Of a DNA stretch of 64,000 bases, positions 22,405 through 35,155 are shown in pieces; positions within the stretch are counted from its first letter, which is position 1; every line of letters starts with the position of its first letter. Below the pieces are notes generated by a model. That model was not told the origin of the DNA and did not search any database. It saw only the letters and a list, made by a program, of their open reading frames with translations. The translations under genes were made by a program, and so were the position numbers. This stretch comes from Dudresnaya verticillata. Its lineage: Eukaryota. The stretch lies in the NCBI GenBank assembly GCA_977862235.1, contig OZ374557.1:1860001-1924000 (forward strand), given 5' to 3'.

Positions 22405-23067
22405 CAGGTGTTAACGCCAAACACGGTGAGCTACAATGTGCGTGGGACAGTCGGGACTGCTTTCGTTCCTAACCCTTCTGTTCGACGTAGAACGAGAAAT
22501 ACACACAGAGGGGGGTCTACAGGACATTTCCGAACCATTCAAGCAATTCGCGTTGCCCGCCGAGCTGACCACGGTGGCGAAAGCGAGAGCGATGCTCTCG
22601 TCAATGCCATGAATGTATGCTCGAGAATACTCATGAAGCTTTGCGATGACTCGTGCGCCTCACACCCACTTCGAGCCGCGCATTCCAAGAGCAACGGGCG
22701 TATTTGCGGGATTCTTTCTGCCAAAGTAGTCGAGAACTCTACAATGCGTGGTCATCTGGGGGTTCTCTGGCAATCGAGGGGAGGCAACAGTCCCAAGGCT
22801 ATCTGTGTCACAATTATTATTACGAATGGCGAGGTCAGGATCGTGTGTTCATGCGACCCTCTCGCGGAGAGTCGATGCGCGCATGCCAATATATGTTTGC
22901 AAAATACGGGAATGTCAGGCTTCGTTCTCGGTCAGCTATCCGAACCAAGACTTTGTCGTGGCTTCTTTGGTCCCAGCATTGCGGAAGATGCGAACCCATT
23001 CCCTGTTGTGGAGTTGTCGACGGAAACGTCGCGCTCAAGGTATGGGTGGACAATTTGGGTCGTATTC
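22405..23067 (+). pseudogene. Inverted N-terminal fragment of the KDZ transposase with a SWIM-like zinc finger
   Basis: IVCSCDPLAESRCAHAN (CxC-x8-CxH); bounded by CAGGT and TATTC; in frame with both minus-strand neighbours once re-inverted. Confidence 0.85.
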
Positions 23068-23961
23068 TGTGGTGCAAAACGTCTGAGACGATGGACCGCC
23101 GAGCAGTTCGGGGCTCGGTGGGTAGCTGCGCCCTTGGCGGTAGGTAGTCCCGCCGTGGGCGACTTAGTGGTAGAGAAAAGGGGCACGCCTTGGGCGGACT
23201 GTAAACGCCCGAGGCGGAAAGGAAGGGAAAAGGAAGAGAAAGGGAACACGTCAAGGACGATGGCAGACGTGGAAGCACGGGAGGTAGACGCTTGAGCCGT
23301 AGGCAGCGGTAGAATGCGCGCGTGCGGAACGGGGAAGTCTGGACCAAAGCCGGCTTGCCCGGGCGTTTACTGTTACGTCTGGGGCGGCTTACCTAAGTAT
23401 AGTACGGCGGCGCGGCGGCGGTGCTTAGCGCAGGAACTCGGGACACGTGTCGTCCCGAGGCGCGTCTGACAGATCACGCGTTGCATGCAGCCGCGCGCCT
23501 GACAGATTGCCGTACAACCCCCCTGTTGGGTGCTTACACGTACACGTGGACGCGTGTGTCTTACAGCCGTGCGTGCGCGCGCACTGTAGAGTGTGCGCCT
23601 TGGATCTAATCCGGTACTTGTCCGATCCCGATCCTATCCGGATCGGGCCAGCAATGCGAGCACCCGCAGCCTTACAGGCGCGTACCTTACAGCTTAGGCG
23701 ATCCAGATAGCCAATCTGGATGCCGGATCCGGATCCCATCCGGATCCGTGTTACAGTGCCCCGGGGCGCCATGTCGGCCCATCACCGTACAGTGCCCGCG
23801 TGGCGCGCGGCGCGCAGTGTGCACGCGCGCCCCCGTAAGCCGTCGATGACGTGTTCGAGCGCCAACGACGGTGGTGAGCGCCGGTGGCGGTTTCTCCGTC
23901 GGTCGACGTATTTGGTCTGCCCGCTTGCAGCGAAAAAGGGCTCGCCTCCCCTTGCACCACA
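23068..23961 (-). mobile_element. Solo LTR of family A, inverted
   Basis: 894-bp reverse-complement copy of the A LTR, more diverged, with no PBS or PPT adjacent. Confidence 0.95.
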
Positions 23962-24026
23962 ACCTGCACGCCATCTATTACACTTCGAGCACCCGGACCC
24001 CTTACAAAGGGGACATCAACAGTCAT
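23962..24026 (-). pseudogene. Probable 5' piece of the KDZ transposase gene; may extend to ~24226
   Basis: MTVDVPFVRGPGARSVIDGVQ joins VLTPNTV... through the CAGGT TSD. Confidence 0.65.
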
Positions 24027-26417
24027 AGACGTATATACGCCTCCAAGCGGTGTTGGTCCCTGAACTCGTGTGCAGGCGCGTCGGCAAGAGCAGGATTCTG
24101 CATCCCACCATAGATCACCGTGGAGACCTCCCGCTGCTCGTCGGGAATCACGAGTACAGTCGGTAACAAAATTGTGTTACCTTCATTAGGCGACACGGCC
24201 TGTGTCGTAAGGTTTGACATTCTCACGCCTAGGTCAGAAGATGATGAGTGGGTAAACGTTCGCCAGCACGCGTTTGACTGAGAAGGTTTGGCACACGTTG
24301 TGCATACACAACGACTGCAGTCTCAAATTCTGTGATAGTGGTACCTGTAGTACAGGCGCCTGTCGCGATAGCTGTAGCCAAAAGCTTTTGGATAGCCTTG
24401 CCCTTTCGCCGTCCGTGAGCACAATAATAGATGTTAGAGTAAACGTTCGCCCGAACGCCTTGATGTGAGCGCACGTTTTTCAGATACAGTGATTCTACAG
24501 GCTCGGATGCCTTCCAGCAACTAGTCACTAGACGCTGTGAGCACAACCAGGATAGTCCCGAGAGGTAAGGTTAAACATTCGCCCGCACGCAGTCTTCTGG
24601 ATGAGAACTTGGTAGCTATCTGCAGGTATGTGTGCCCAGGCAGTAGTTGGCGGCAAGGCAAGCGTCCACGTAATTAGGCCTGCCGACAGCTCACAACGCG
24701 ACCTTACACCACTGTCCTGAAATGACAGTTCGATGTATCGATTTTCTTCAAATAAATAGCAACATTATTATTTCAATTGCCTGTCATACGTGTAAAAAGC
24801 GCAATGATTAATTATATGCACACAACACGGGGTCGTGCCCTGATTAAAGTAGGATATTCCCTTAAGGGAAAACGCCTACTCGCTTCAAAGTCGCCATTGT
24901 CTGCATGCTGAGACGGCGGACGCCGTTTCCGCAAGTATCTGGAAACTTGATTAGTGAAGCGAAAGTCGAAATGGTCGACTATGGTAATGACCAGAAAAGA
25001 ATACATTGTCATGTGTCATTTTGTGGTCAACTACCATTATTAAGAACGACACACATCCATCATCATGATCAACATCGATGTTTGCGGCTCAAACAAAAAA
25101 TGCATTTTACTCCATGGAGTGCTGCTTCTTCATATTAGGTAGCAACTTCTTCGCCCTTACGACAGCAGTCTTTGTATTGATTGTTAAATGTTAACAATTA
25201 GAACTGCTATCGATAGAAAGAAGCTTCTAGCAGCAACCGGACATCTGCCCACGCTATAGAGTTCTAGAGCGTTGCCTCCTTTAAAACTGTCACTGTCTTG
25301 TTGAGCTGATCGTTAGCAAACCCGTTGCGCATAGAGCTCTCTATTGTGTACAACACTGGACAGATAGAGCAAAGCCGTTGTGTAGAGAGTTGAGTGTCTA
25401 CATCAGTCTATACACAACTGTAGAGCTATAGGAATGATGACAGCACCGGTGCCCACTCGAAGATTTCTGAGCATACTAGCCTGTAGCTATATGCGTACCC
25501 TTGTTGGTACTGTCCCTCGCTTCTATTTCAGGATTGTCTTGGAGTTCACTACTCGCAAGTACACGGCATGCCGCGGAAACATGCGTCTGCAGACGTCTGC
25601 GTACGCAAATGAGGGCTATAGCCCAGACTCCTATAGGAGTCTGCATTGTGCAAAACCCATGGCTATGCATGGAGCGGGGTGCAGCACAGGGGCATATTAA
25701 ATGCTTGTAATATAAATGCTTGGGCGAGCATATGCTCGTGCAGGGGATAAGCACAAGATTCACGGGAATAATAATATGTAATATCTATTAAATGGATTCC
25801 ACGTGCACGTACCCCATGGGGTACCCCACGTGCCCATAAATGTAATTACAGTGATTTAAGCCGCAAAAATCAGAGAGACAAATAGGATTCATCACATAAT
25901 TGATCCTGCTTATTTCCAATAATTATTATTGTTGAATCCAGTGGCTCTCGCTGTGTTCCAAGTGCGTGCCTGATTTTCCACTTCTGTGGCAGGCCCAGGC
26001 CCACCCAAGAGCGCAAATCCTACAGTGCACCCGCGTGCACGGGCTCTGTGAGAGACCCCTCCCAGGCGGTCTGAGTGCGCCCTTTTCCTCGCGCGAATTA
26101 TGGAGATACGGTCGACTGGCGCGGCGCCAGAATTTTGAGTTAGCTAACGGTGTACCGCAGTGGATGCCTGCCCCCCAGCCATGACCCCGGTACGTTCAAC
26201 TGCAGTCGGTGTTTGCAAAGCTTTGCGCGCTAGCTTGCCGCACTAGCGTGCACGCTCATGAGTTCGTAGTGCCATGACGAAAACTACGCGCGTGGCCAAG
26301 TGATGCGGCCATGGATGCACATGTATGCAAGGCGCGCTTTCAAGTGTGACTGCACAAACAATCTTACGGTGTGTGAACTCAACCTCGGCAAGGCCGAGCT
26401 CGGCTACAGGTTCGGAC

Positions 26418-26945
26418 GCGTGCGGGCGAATGTTGCCAATTTCGAGTGTGCGCTATAGCGCATGGCGGATATAGCCGCAGCTGCTGGAACTGCAGTCGCA
26501 GTTTCTGAAGACGCCATGGTGTCAATACGCGTGCGGGCGAATGTTACCAATTTCGAGCCTTCCATCCCGTCTTCAAAGACGATATGGCCATGGCGATCGC
26601 TGCCCTCGAGGGCATATGCATATGCATACGCCATGGCGTCTTATCAAGCTCGATCGAGCTCGAGCTCATGCTCGGCAGTTGCATGAGTTAACTCAATACG
26701 CGTGCGGGCGAATGCTACCAATTTCGACTCTTTCATGCCGTCTTCAAAGACGATATGGCCATGGCGATCGCTGCCCTTGAGGGCTTTGTATGCCTATGGC
26801 ATATGGCATATGGCATATGGGTTCTTACCAAGCTCGATCGAGCTCGAGCTCATGCACACTAGGCAATTGCCTATAGGCAATTGAGTATACTCAGCTGAGT
26901 TATAACTCAATACGCGTGCGGGCGAATGTTATAACATTTGCCCAA
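26418..26945 (+). repeat. Degenerate tandem array (~110-215 bp units), each unit starting GCGTGCGGGCGAATG
   Basis: Motifs at 26418, 26529, 26700 and 26914; units 2 and 3 share cttcaaagacgatatggccatggcgatcgctgccct and agctcgatcgagctcgagctcatgc. Confidence 0.9.
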
Positions 26946-28009
26946 TTGGTATACCAATTTCAAGTGTGCCCTGCATGGTACTGCAGTTTCAAAGACGTGT
27001 TGGTAACATCTTATGGGGCTCATGCTATGCAATGAAATATGTCATTGCAATATGTACAATATCCCATATGGGTAGTTGTGCTCAGTATGCACGGGCGAAT
27101 GCATTCGCTAAGCATGCTACCAATTCTGATCAGACTCGAGTCTGTCGCTATAGCGATAAATGTGCGCGGGGGAAGGCTACCGGTAATTGGCCAATGCTAC
27201 CGAAGACGTCTTCGTACGTCTTTGGTTCGAACCATGAGGTCCAGACGGATCGACGTTAGCGTACACTCAAGCGTACGCTGCACTGCAACGTGGCTGTGGC
27301 AGTTGCTCCCTCGTAGGTTCGAGAATATGCAGATGGAAATGATTGCAGCCATGTACGTAGTTACACATGCTCTTTGCGCGCGCTAATTAATGCACGAGAA
27401 CATGTTCTGTAAGTACAATCACCTAAGACATATTGTATCCACAGCCTGTACAGGACGTGAGTTTTGCGTAGGCATCACTAGTCAGCTGGAACACAATCCG
27501 GGTTGAGCTAAATGGACGTGTCCAGACGAACGCCTTCGTATTCCTAGGAATACGACCAGCTGGTTATGACCATCTCTGCACAAGCAGTAACTTCAGTGTT
27601 GACGAGCGTCATCGTCAATTGGCGATGACGATGGCGTACGTTTCATCGCCCACGAACGTTTGTACTGTACAGTTGGCCACGTGGTTTGACGACATGTACA
27701 TGCAGTATGTATGTGTACAGTATGCATACAATTTTAATTACTTCCCGTGGGCCAGGAAATTCGAAAGGGAAGACACCCCGAGATGGGGCGTCTGAAACGT
27801 ACGCGCACTTGAAACGTACTGCGATTGACGCGCCCTCAAAATCGAAGAATATTGCGGAAAATGTTATAAGAGGGATCAAAGACCGAGCGCGCGGATCAAT
27901 CCGCCGCACCCCCCGCTCCAACGCCCAAGGGTCCACAGCTCTGCGTTTCGAAACGCAGCCGTACTTGGATACCCTTCTCCACTCATCATCCAAGTTCGGC
28001 TCTCCTTCC

Positions 28010-28180
28010 GCGTGCGGGCGATCGTTTACCACTCAACACGACTTCAGTCGTGCCTCGGCTTGAGCTGTACTGCGTGCGGGCGAACGTTTACCTCTCAACA
28101 CGACTTCAGTCGTACTGTACCTTGTCTTGAGCTATACTGCGTGCGGGCGAACGTTTACCCCAACACGACCCCAGTCGTAT
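28010..28180 (+). repeat. Three ~65-bp tandem units containing the same motif
   Basis: gcgtgcgggcga(a/t)cgtttacc...caacacgac...agtcgt at 28010, 28072 and 28139. Confidence 0.9.
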
Positions 28181-28202
28181 CGGTCGATCGACCTGCGCAC
28201 GC

Positions 28203-31200
28203 TTGCGTGAAGGTGAAAGTCACCCCGTTGGTCGAGAACATAGCAGCTATAGCTGCTGGAAAACATTGGCAGAGCTCTGCAGCATGCAGGGTGAAGGAAT
28301 AGGAATCTGGGGCGAGAACGTCAGCAGTTTTCTTGCTAACAACTCGAGCTTTCGCGTGCTGAACCAAAGGCAGTGGTCTGATGCAGGTGTGCTGCCAAAA
28401 GATTCGCCGCTGGCAATGTCACTTGAGTTTCTGGAGTCATTTGACAAGAAGGGTGTTCTTCCACAGCCTGAAGGCAATTACATTGCTTCAACTGCAGAGC
28501 TGACTGCTAGTTTCGACCAGGAAGCTCGATACATATGCTGTATCTTGTTCCTAGAGTTGGCAAAGACTACTGGAACTCTCTGTGGCTGGTTGATGGCGTA
28601 CCCCAATCCTGGCATCAGTACTATTCGCATGGTACTGGGTAGGTATCTCGCCACCTCATGGGGAACGCGCATGATGCCTAGCCAGAACAATGAGGGCTTC
28701 AATGTACAGGGTATGTGCATCGGCTGGAGAATCGCCTCAGAGAGCATGAAAATCCTAACTGAAGAACTCGCAAAGATGCTGACCGGCTACCAAGCACACG
28801 TCAGCGCTGAAGATGTACACAAATGTCTACAGAGGTGGGCGCTCCACGTCTACAGCGAGATGATTACATGGATGTTTGTGAACTTTTCTCATGGTATAAA
28901 TGAGGCCGCAACGTTTGACAAAGCTGGACCGCGTGTCCGCCTCCTTGTTCAAGAAGTGATGAGGAAGATACTTCTAAGGGCCGAAGCAGTGAATGCGACG
29001 GACGTGACTGAAAACGATCTGAAAGACGATATGGCCATGAACTTCAAGTCCATAGAGGCGGCCATTAAGGACGAGTGTACTCTCGCTGACGTGGAAAAGA
29101 AACCTGGCAGCATCATACAGTTGGTGTTTGGCTCGTACAATAAGTCGCAAATTGAAAGGGTCGCGAAAAGAAACTTCATCGAGTCGGAGCACCCAATCCA
29201 AGTTGAAATCGATGATGGTTCGATCGTTCGTTTGGCCGACAAGACTGTCGATGATTCTGGCGCCGCCACACCTGGTGCTGTACACGAATCTCGCAGCGCA
29301 GATACATCAGCGGCTGGCCGTCATGGGGTTGCAATGGACACTGACTCAGCGAAAGGGACTTAGAACGCCGCTCAGCCTTTTGTCCCCCCTCCTCCAAAGA
29401 AGCCTCATCGAAAGAATAGGGAGAGACCTTTCGTAATGCAACGACAATTCGGTCTCGACATACAGGCGATGCGAAACATACTTGTTGGTGTTGAGCTGGA
29501 TGACCAGCGTTTCGACTTGGATATTGTGGACTCGGACAACGAGGACATTCAGCCCAGTACTGAATCTGAGGAAGCCCGAATTGTACTCGGAGTTCCTCGC
29601 ATCCGCCCAGGCTCAGAGCTGGATAATGAGGTTGAGATTCTGTACGCAAGTATTACAGGAATGAATGTGGACTGCAGTATTATCGCGAACCTCAAAGCAT
29701 TGCCTCGAGATCAGGGTGGAATCCGAGCGACAATTATTGCTTTCTACTGAGGGAGAACGATTTCTCCTGGCTTGACCAGTTCACGTTGCTGAATCGCCAA
29801 CACATCCTTCCGGAAGCCTCCCGCTGCAAGGATGCCGTACGCTACGCGAATCATTGGATTAAAGTTCTCATGGTTGAGACCATGTACGGCATGAAGACTG
29901 ACTTGAAGATTACGTTTCCGGTGCTGTCGTCCAAGAATCCAAACTTGTTCACGTTCAGAGACAACGTGAAGAACACTCGTAATGAACATTCTCTACGCTT
30001 AGTCATCGATGACGTTGCAATGTCGTCTTTGATTCTCAACATCACATGTAAGAGCAATGATCGCAAAACTAAGACCAAGACGCTTCAAACGGTATCCGGA
30101 ATGACTGTGTGCCTGGCATTCATCCGCGACGATACCTACCGCCTCACTGGAAAGCCTCAGAGACCAGATTCGCCTCTTTGCATAGCACTTGTGCGTTCCG
30201 TACATTTGGACAAGGAGGATATTGACAAAGGAGGTATTACTCAGTACGTTGACACATTGCGTGTTAAGCTGATTATGAACAGGTTAATGTTCCAAAACTA
30301 GAGACCTGAAGAGATGTATCTGATTTTCATTCGCCCTTTCGGTTCGGTTTCCTCCCACCTGCGCATGCTTCGTGCTGCCCACAGAGTTCGAGGAAGCCGT
30401 CAGAAGCTTCAAAAATATCTCTTCGGAAAAGACATTCCCCAGTCATTGGGTAGCGAGCGGGCGTATGAGACCAAATCCAGGCCATGTACATCATTGACTG
30501 TTCCGCTGGAGCAGCTCAGAGGGGTTGATTCTGGTTGCCTTGCGTTTTTGGACGGCCTGCAAGAAGCCCACTGCAACGAATCTCAGATGAGAGCAGTACT
30601 AACGACGCTCAAAGAGATGGGAGAATGCGAGACTGGTTCAGTCTCATTGTCCTATATCCACGGCCCGCCCGGAACCGGAAAGACTACCTGCCTCTGTATT
30701 CTGGTCATGGCAGTTCTCCATCACTCTGTAAGGGGACATGTGTTTCCCGACAGTAGCGAGGTTGATATGCAGCAAGACGGGCGCAAGGTTGTCAAAATGA
30801 ATCAACCTGTGGAGCAAGGAATGCGGATCCTCATAACAGCAACGACGAATCAGGCAGTGGACAACGTTACTAAAAAGCTATTGGAGGGAGTAGGCAGCAA
30901 TCGCCTTGTCCCGGACTTGGTACGCATTGGTCGTTACCGCTATGATTATGGTGATCTGTATCCCCATTCAATTGCGGCCAAAGAATTGGTATATGCTCTC
31001 GAGATGTATGAAGGTCCTAGCGAACTTCGTCCAACAAGGCCGTCCGCAAAGCACCGAAAAGAGTCGGTTGCACGTACGTTGGTCTATCTTGCTACCAATG
31101 GAACTGTTGGGAGCGGTCTGTTCAACAATCTTCGAGTTCGTTACGATTTCGCGCTCGCCGATGAAGGCGCAAACGCTCTCGAGACGGAGAGCTTGATCCC

Positions 31201-32137
31201 TATTGCTGGTGTAGATTCCAGGAGCGATGTGCAGCATATATGCATCGCAGGGGACCACAAACAGCTACCAGCAGTTACGCAAATGAAGCAACCAGTGGAA
31301 ACATATCTCAAACGATTCTCCAACTATCTCGTCTACTATCCCAATCAATTGATCTCCCTCTTTGAGCGCTTGGCTGAGCGATACCGCTGCCCCGGTACAA
31401 TGCTCGTGGAGCAGTATCGCAGCCATCCGTCTATCGGGAAAGTGCAGTCTGTGCCATTCTACAGGTCATTGGTTACACATCCAAAGCTGCTCCCGCATCA
31501 CAAGGCGAGGTTCAACGAAAAGAACTTAGATCCTGAATCATTCGCGCCGTTCACAATAGTAGATACATCTATCTTCAAATTTCGGCGTGAACGCTTGGAC
31601 GGGAGGTGCGGAAACTACGTGAATGACTTAGAGATCAAAGTTGTTCTTCAGATGCTACACAGGATTGGCAGAGTTTGCAAGCGTGAAGAATCTCCTCGCA
31701 CGGAAAAGATCAGTGTCGCTGTTCTCGCCCCGTACCGTGCACAAGTGAAACTTCTTCAGCACGCCGTTAAGGTCGGGTTTGCGAACGCCAACCCCGCATT
31801 TGATGTTTTGGTTGAGACTGTAGACAGCATGCAGGGATCCGAGCGTGATAAAGTTATTTTCTCCTGCACGCGAAGCAATGCCTGGGGCGATATTGGCTTC
31901 ATGAAGGCGTTTCGTCGCTTCAACGTTGCGACAAGCAGGTCCAAAAAGCTTCTCCTGATTATTGGAGATAGCTCCACGCTCGTAACTGGAAAAAGCTGGA
32001 AAGAATTCTGGAAGAGTTGTTGCGAAAGGTCGCACGGATCCGAGGTGATATTTCCTGAAAGCGGCTCGCACATGGGCCCCTTTGACACCGCACGCAAAAA
32101 GGAAGTAGAGGCAGTGATCAGTCACTCCGAAAAGTAG
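28203..32137 (+). pseudogene. Large Upf1/Sen1/DNA2-like SF1 helicase gene, disrupted
   Basis: HGPPGTGKT, TNQAVDNV, ADEG, GDHKQLP, SLFERL, QYRSHP, PYRAQV, TVDSMQGSE and RFNVATSRSK in 30314-32137. Upstream ORFs link through in-frame TAG stops (29361, 30299) and one frameshift (~29742). Confidence 0.88.
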
Positions 32138-32289
32138 TGAAAGTGCCATTGCCATTCTCGTTGTATTATCCCGCACTCTGCGTGTCTTCTGTGACTTTGT
32201 TCCTGCTGTTCTCAAACGTTTGTGCTTGGTCGCGTGCGTAAGCATTAGCCTGCAAGGCTCCGTCTGTTGGAAAGGTCTCCTCGTTTTTT

Positions 32290-32525
32290 TGTGTTTTTGG
32301 TGTGGTGTAATCATTCCCCCGCACGCTGTTGTTGTTTCCCAAAGGTTGGAAACGTCTCGTTTTGTTGTTGGTGTAATCATTCGCCCGCACGCTTTTGTTG
32401 TTTCCCAAAGGTCGGAAACGTCTCTTTTTGTTGTTTGTGTAATCATTCGCCCGCACGCTGGTTGAGTCTTGCAACTCTGTGAAGACACACTCTTGTGTGT
32501 TAAGTGTGAATCATTCGCCCACACC
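32290..32525 (-). repeat. Three to four ~66-bp tandem units containing the motif on the minus strand
   Basis: tgtaatcattcgcccgcacgc-type units at 32312, 32378, 32444 and (degenerate) 32512. Confidence 0.9.
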
Positions 32526-34680
32526 ACGCGCAAGAAGAAAAAGTAAAGATTCTTTGCAGTGCCCATTGTTTTACCTGGCGTGTGATCCGTAGTGAGTATT
32601 AAGAGCGAGCAGCGGAGCAGCGGGGTGCGAGCATCGGAATAGCGAGGAGCGAGCAGTGTCGGAACAGGAGGTAGGAGTAGGCGGCGGGCGCTGCGGGTGT
32701 CTCGGGCGCTGCGGGCACTGCGGGCACAGCCTCTTGCGCTGCGTCTGTAGGGATGACAAGTGTGCAAATAGGTAACGGGCATTTGGCAGGCGTTGCGCGT
32801 AGTAGCCGAGGGGATGCCGAGCACGCAATGCACCCTCGGTATCCCCGGCGGGTGATCTGCGCGGCGCCGTCGGCACCGGTCGGCAGGCCGGTCGGCCCCA
32901 GACGGCGGGATGGTCCAGGACCTGGTCGGACCCACTTCCCGAGATGGACCGCAGTAAGCAGTTGTAAGTCATGCACACACCCGCAGACGGCGGCGGCGGG
33001 CGGCGGCGGACACACGTCTGCTAGCAGAGTGACAGTACACACAGGCAGACGGCGGCGGCGCACTCGTCCGCTAGCAGAGGGACACGCGTCCTTCAAGTCT
33101 GACACGCGCCCGCACGGCGCTCGCACGGCGCACAGCGCCGATCGGCGCGTCCAAGTCTATAACCAAAAATCCAAGTCCTTCATACATCGGGTTTTTACTT
33201 ATGCGTTTCTTAGTACGGCGAAACCCATAGAGCCGAGTCGTCCAAAGTCGTGTACGTCTTCATACAGCAGCATCCGTAAGCACTTCTTGTACCGCTACTA
33301 GGGACAAAGGCGACGCGTAATTTCAATGGAAAACAAGTCACCCCTCGTCACCTTCGTGACGTCCAAAGTCACAAACTTGCCCTACTTGGAAAGACTTATT
33401 CCTTTACCACGGATATTCCTTTATCGAAGCATTCTTATAACAAGGAATGATTGTATCTTAAAAAACAGTACGTCACAATGCCGGCCTCTTGAAACATAGC
33501 GACTACAATAGCAGTTAAAGTGCAAGTAGCGGCTCGGTGTGCCAAGCGACTGCACTCTATCGTTATGCCTCGTGCCTTCCGCGTAGCAATTCCGTCCCAT
33601 CGGTAGCATTTTATTAGCATCGGCAACCTCGGCTTGTCCGTTGGAAGCACTTCCGCCCCCTCCGCACCAGCTGGACTAATTTTGGCGCGTACGATTCAGT
33701 GCCGCCCAGTCGTGAGAATGTCCTCATCAACGCGAGATGCGCACGGTCGCTCATGAAACGGAAGCGCTCGGGCGTGCTGGCCCATCCTACGTTGGTCGCG
33801 GCACGCAGCTCCGTCGTTGAGCTCTCTACTCACGGAAGCTGTGCTTCAGCTGCTACTGCGCTTGTTACAGTGCAGGCGTTCGGACGTGAGGGCGTAGCGA
33901 CGCGGGTGCAGGCTACATGTGTGTAGACCAGCACTGGTGGTCCGGTTTGGACACTTGCTTCCGTTGCGCTGAACGAGGAGTGATGCTTTCTATCGAGGGA
34001 GTTGATACCAGCTTGGATGTATGGGGACGAGGGGAAGCGGGCCTGACACTCCTTTCAATGGGCGACAGGTGAGGTTTTAAGCAAGACTCGAGCTACTTGA
34101 GGTCGGGGTAAAGGTAAGCGCGGGCGGGGCTGTATGTGATGGCTGAAAAAGCGCTTTTGACAGGAAGGAAGTTGGATGAAGAATATGTAAGTTGCGGTGG
34201 CGGGGCGAGGAGTGTGTAGTCTGTCCGTGTCCCGACGTCCCGACCTGGAAGTAGTAACTGTAACAACAATGAACAATGGTTGAGCTGCTTCCTGTTCCTG
34301 CTCGATGACAAGGAAAGGGGAGGCAATAATAATAGTACGTGTAGAGAAGGGCTTGAGGACAGCGGTCACGCAGTCTGTCAAGACAATATATTGACACAAT
34401 AGGCACAAACGAATTAATGTGAGCTTGAAAACTGACTGTGCTCTATGAATGTTTTCACGGAGGGCGCCCTTGAATATTCGGAACAGCATAAATCGCTTTG
34501 AGCAGCAGCAGCTTCGCAACTCGCCTCACCTCGAGCGGTGCGCATGTCTGTCGGGCTGATTGTTTGTCGGCTCTGTTTGCGCGAAAGTCGCGACCTCAAG
34601 GTCGGCCGCCGCCGCGCCGCGCGGCTCCGCTTCGCAGAGCCGGTCTACAGGCAGCGAGGCGGCTGTCATGGAGCCGTATA

Positions 34681-35155
34681 TGTCCTCAAATCGGCTTGGG
34701 TTCGTCCACGGAGGTGGACGGGTCTTGGTGTTGGGATGATAACCGGCCCTACTCGACGGTATGTAGTCGGGTGGGGTCGGGACACACGCAGGGGCCGGTG
34801 CGTATAGTGCCGGGTAGATAGCGACGGCGGCCGGTGAGCTGACGAAGTTCTAGAGAGGTGCAGTTGGTAAAATGCTTGGTGCCGGGAAGTAGGGAGCTTC
34901 CCGGTTCACGGCAACTTTATAGTCCTGTAGCGCTAGGCTTGACTGTGTAAAACTAAACGGAGAGGGGTAAAAGATAAACGGAGAGGGGAAAATTAGAGGG
35001 CGCCACCCAGGAATGGGTCTAAACAGTACCAAATAGAAGCTATTCCTACAGCGTGGAGTTGGCCTCGCTGTCCAATGTTTGTCTAAGCGACGGTAAAGTA
35101 AACTGCATGGGTGACCTGGCCCATATTCTATAGTGAAGGAGGATAGAGGTATCAA
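34681..35155 (-). repeat. Copia 3' LTR, left part
   Basis: Matches 54306-54780. Confidence 0.95.

Noticed and set aside
22408..23295. 295-aa ORF as an independent gene
   Set aside because: Chimera of the inverted transposase fragment and LTR sequence.
25200..25500. Loose CTATAG/TAGAG repeats
   Set aside because: Too degenerate to define a unit or a function.
30314..32137. Helitron RepHel assignment for the helicase
   Set aside because: Motifs are Upf1/Sen1-type rather than PIF1-type, and no HUH Rep domain was seen.
26418..32525. CRISPR-like appearance of the motif arrays
   Set aside because: Spacers are mutually similar within arrays, periods are irregular, no cas genes, eukaryotic context.
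31655..32935. 426-aa minus-strand ORF
   Set aside because: Runs through GC-rich sequence, the tandem array and the antisense of the helicase; likely a shadow ORF.
2752..33266. TGTAT...ATACA as termini of the KDZ element
   Set aside because: Only a 5-bp match and no TSD; element ends remain undefined.
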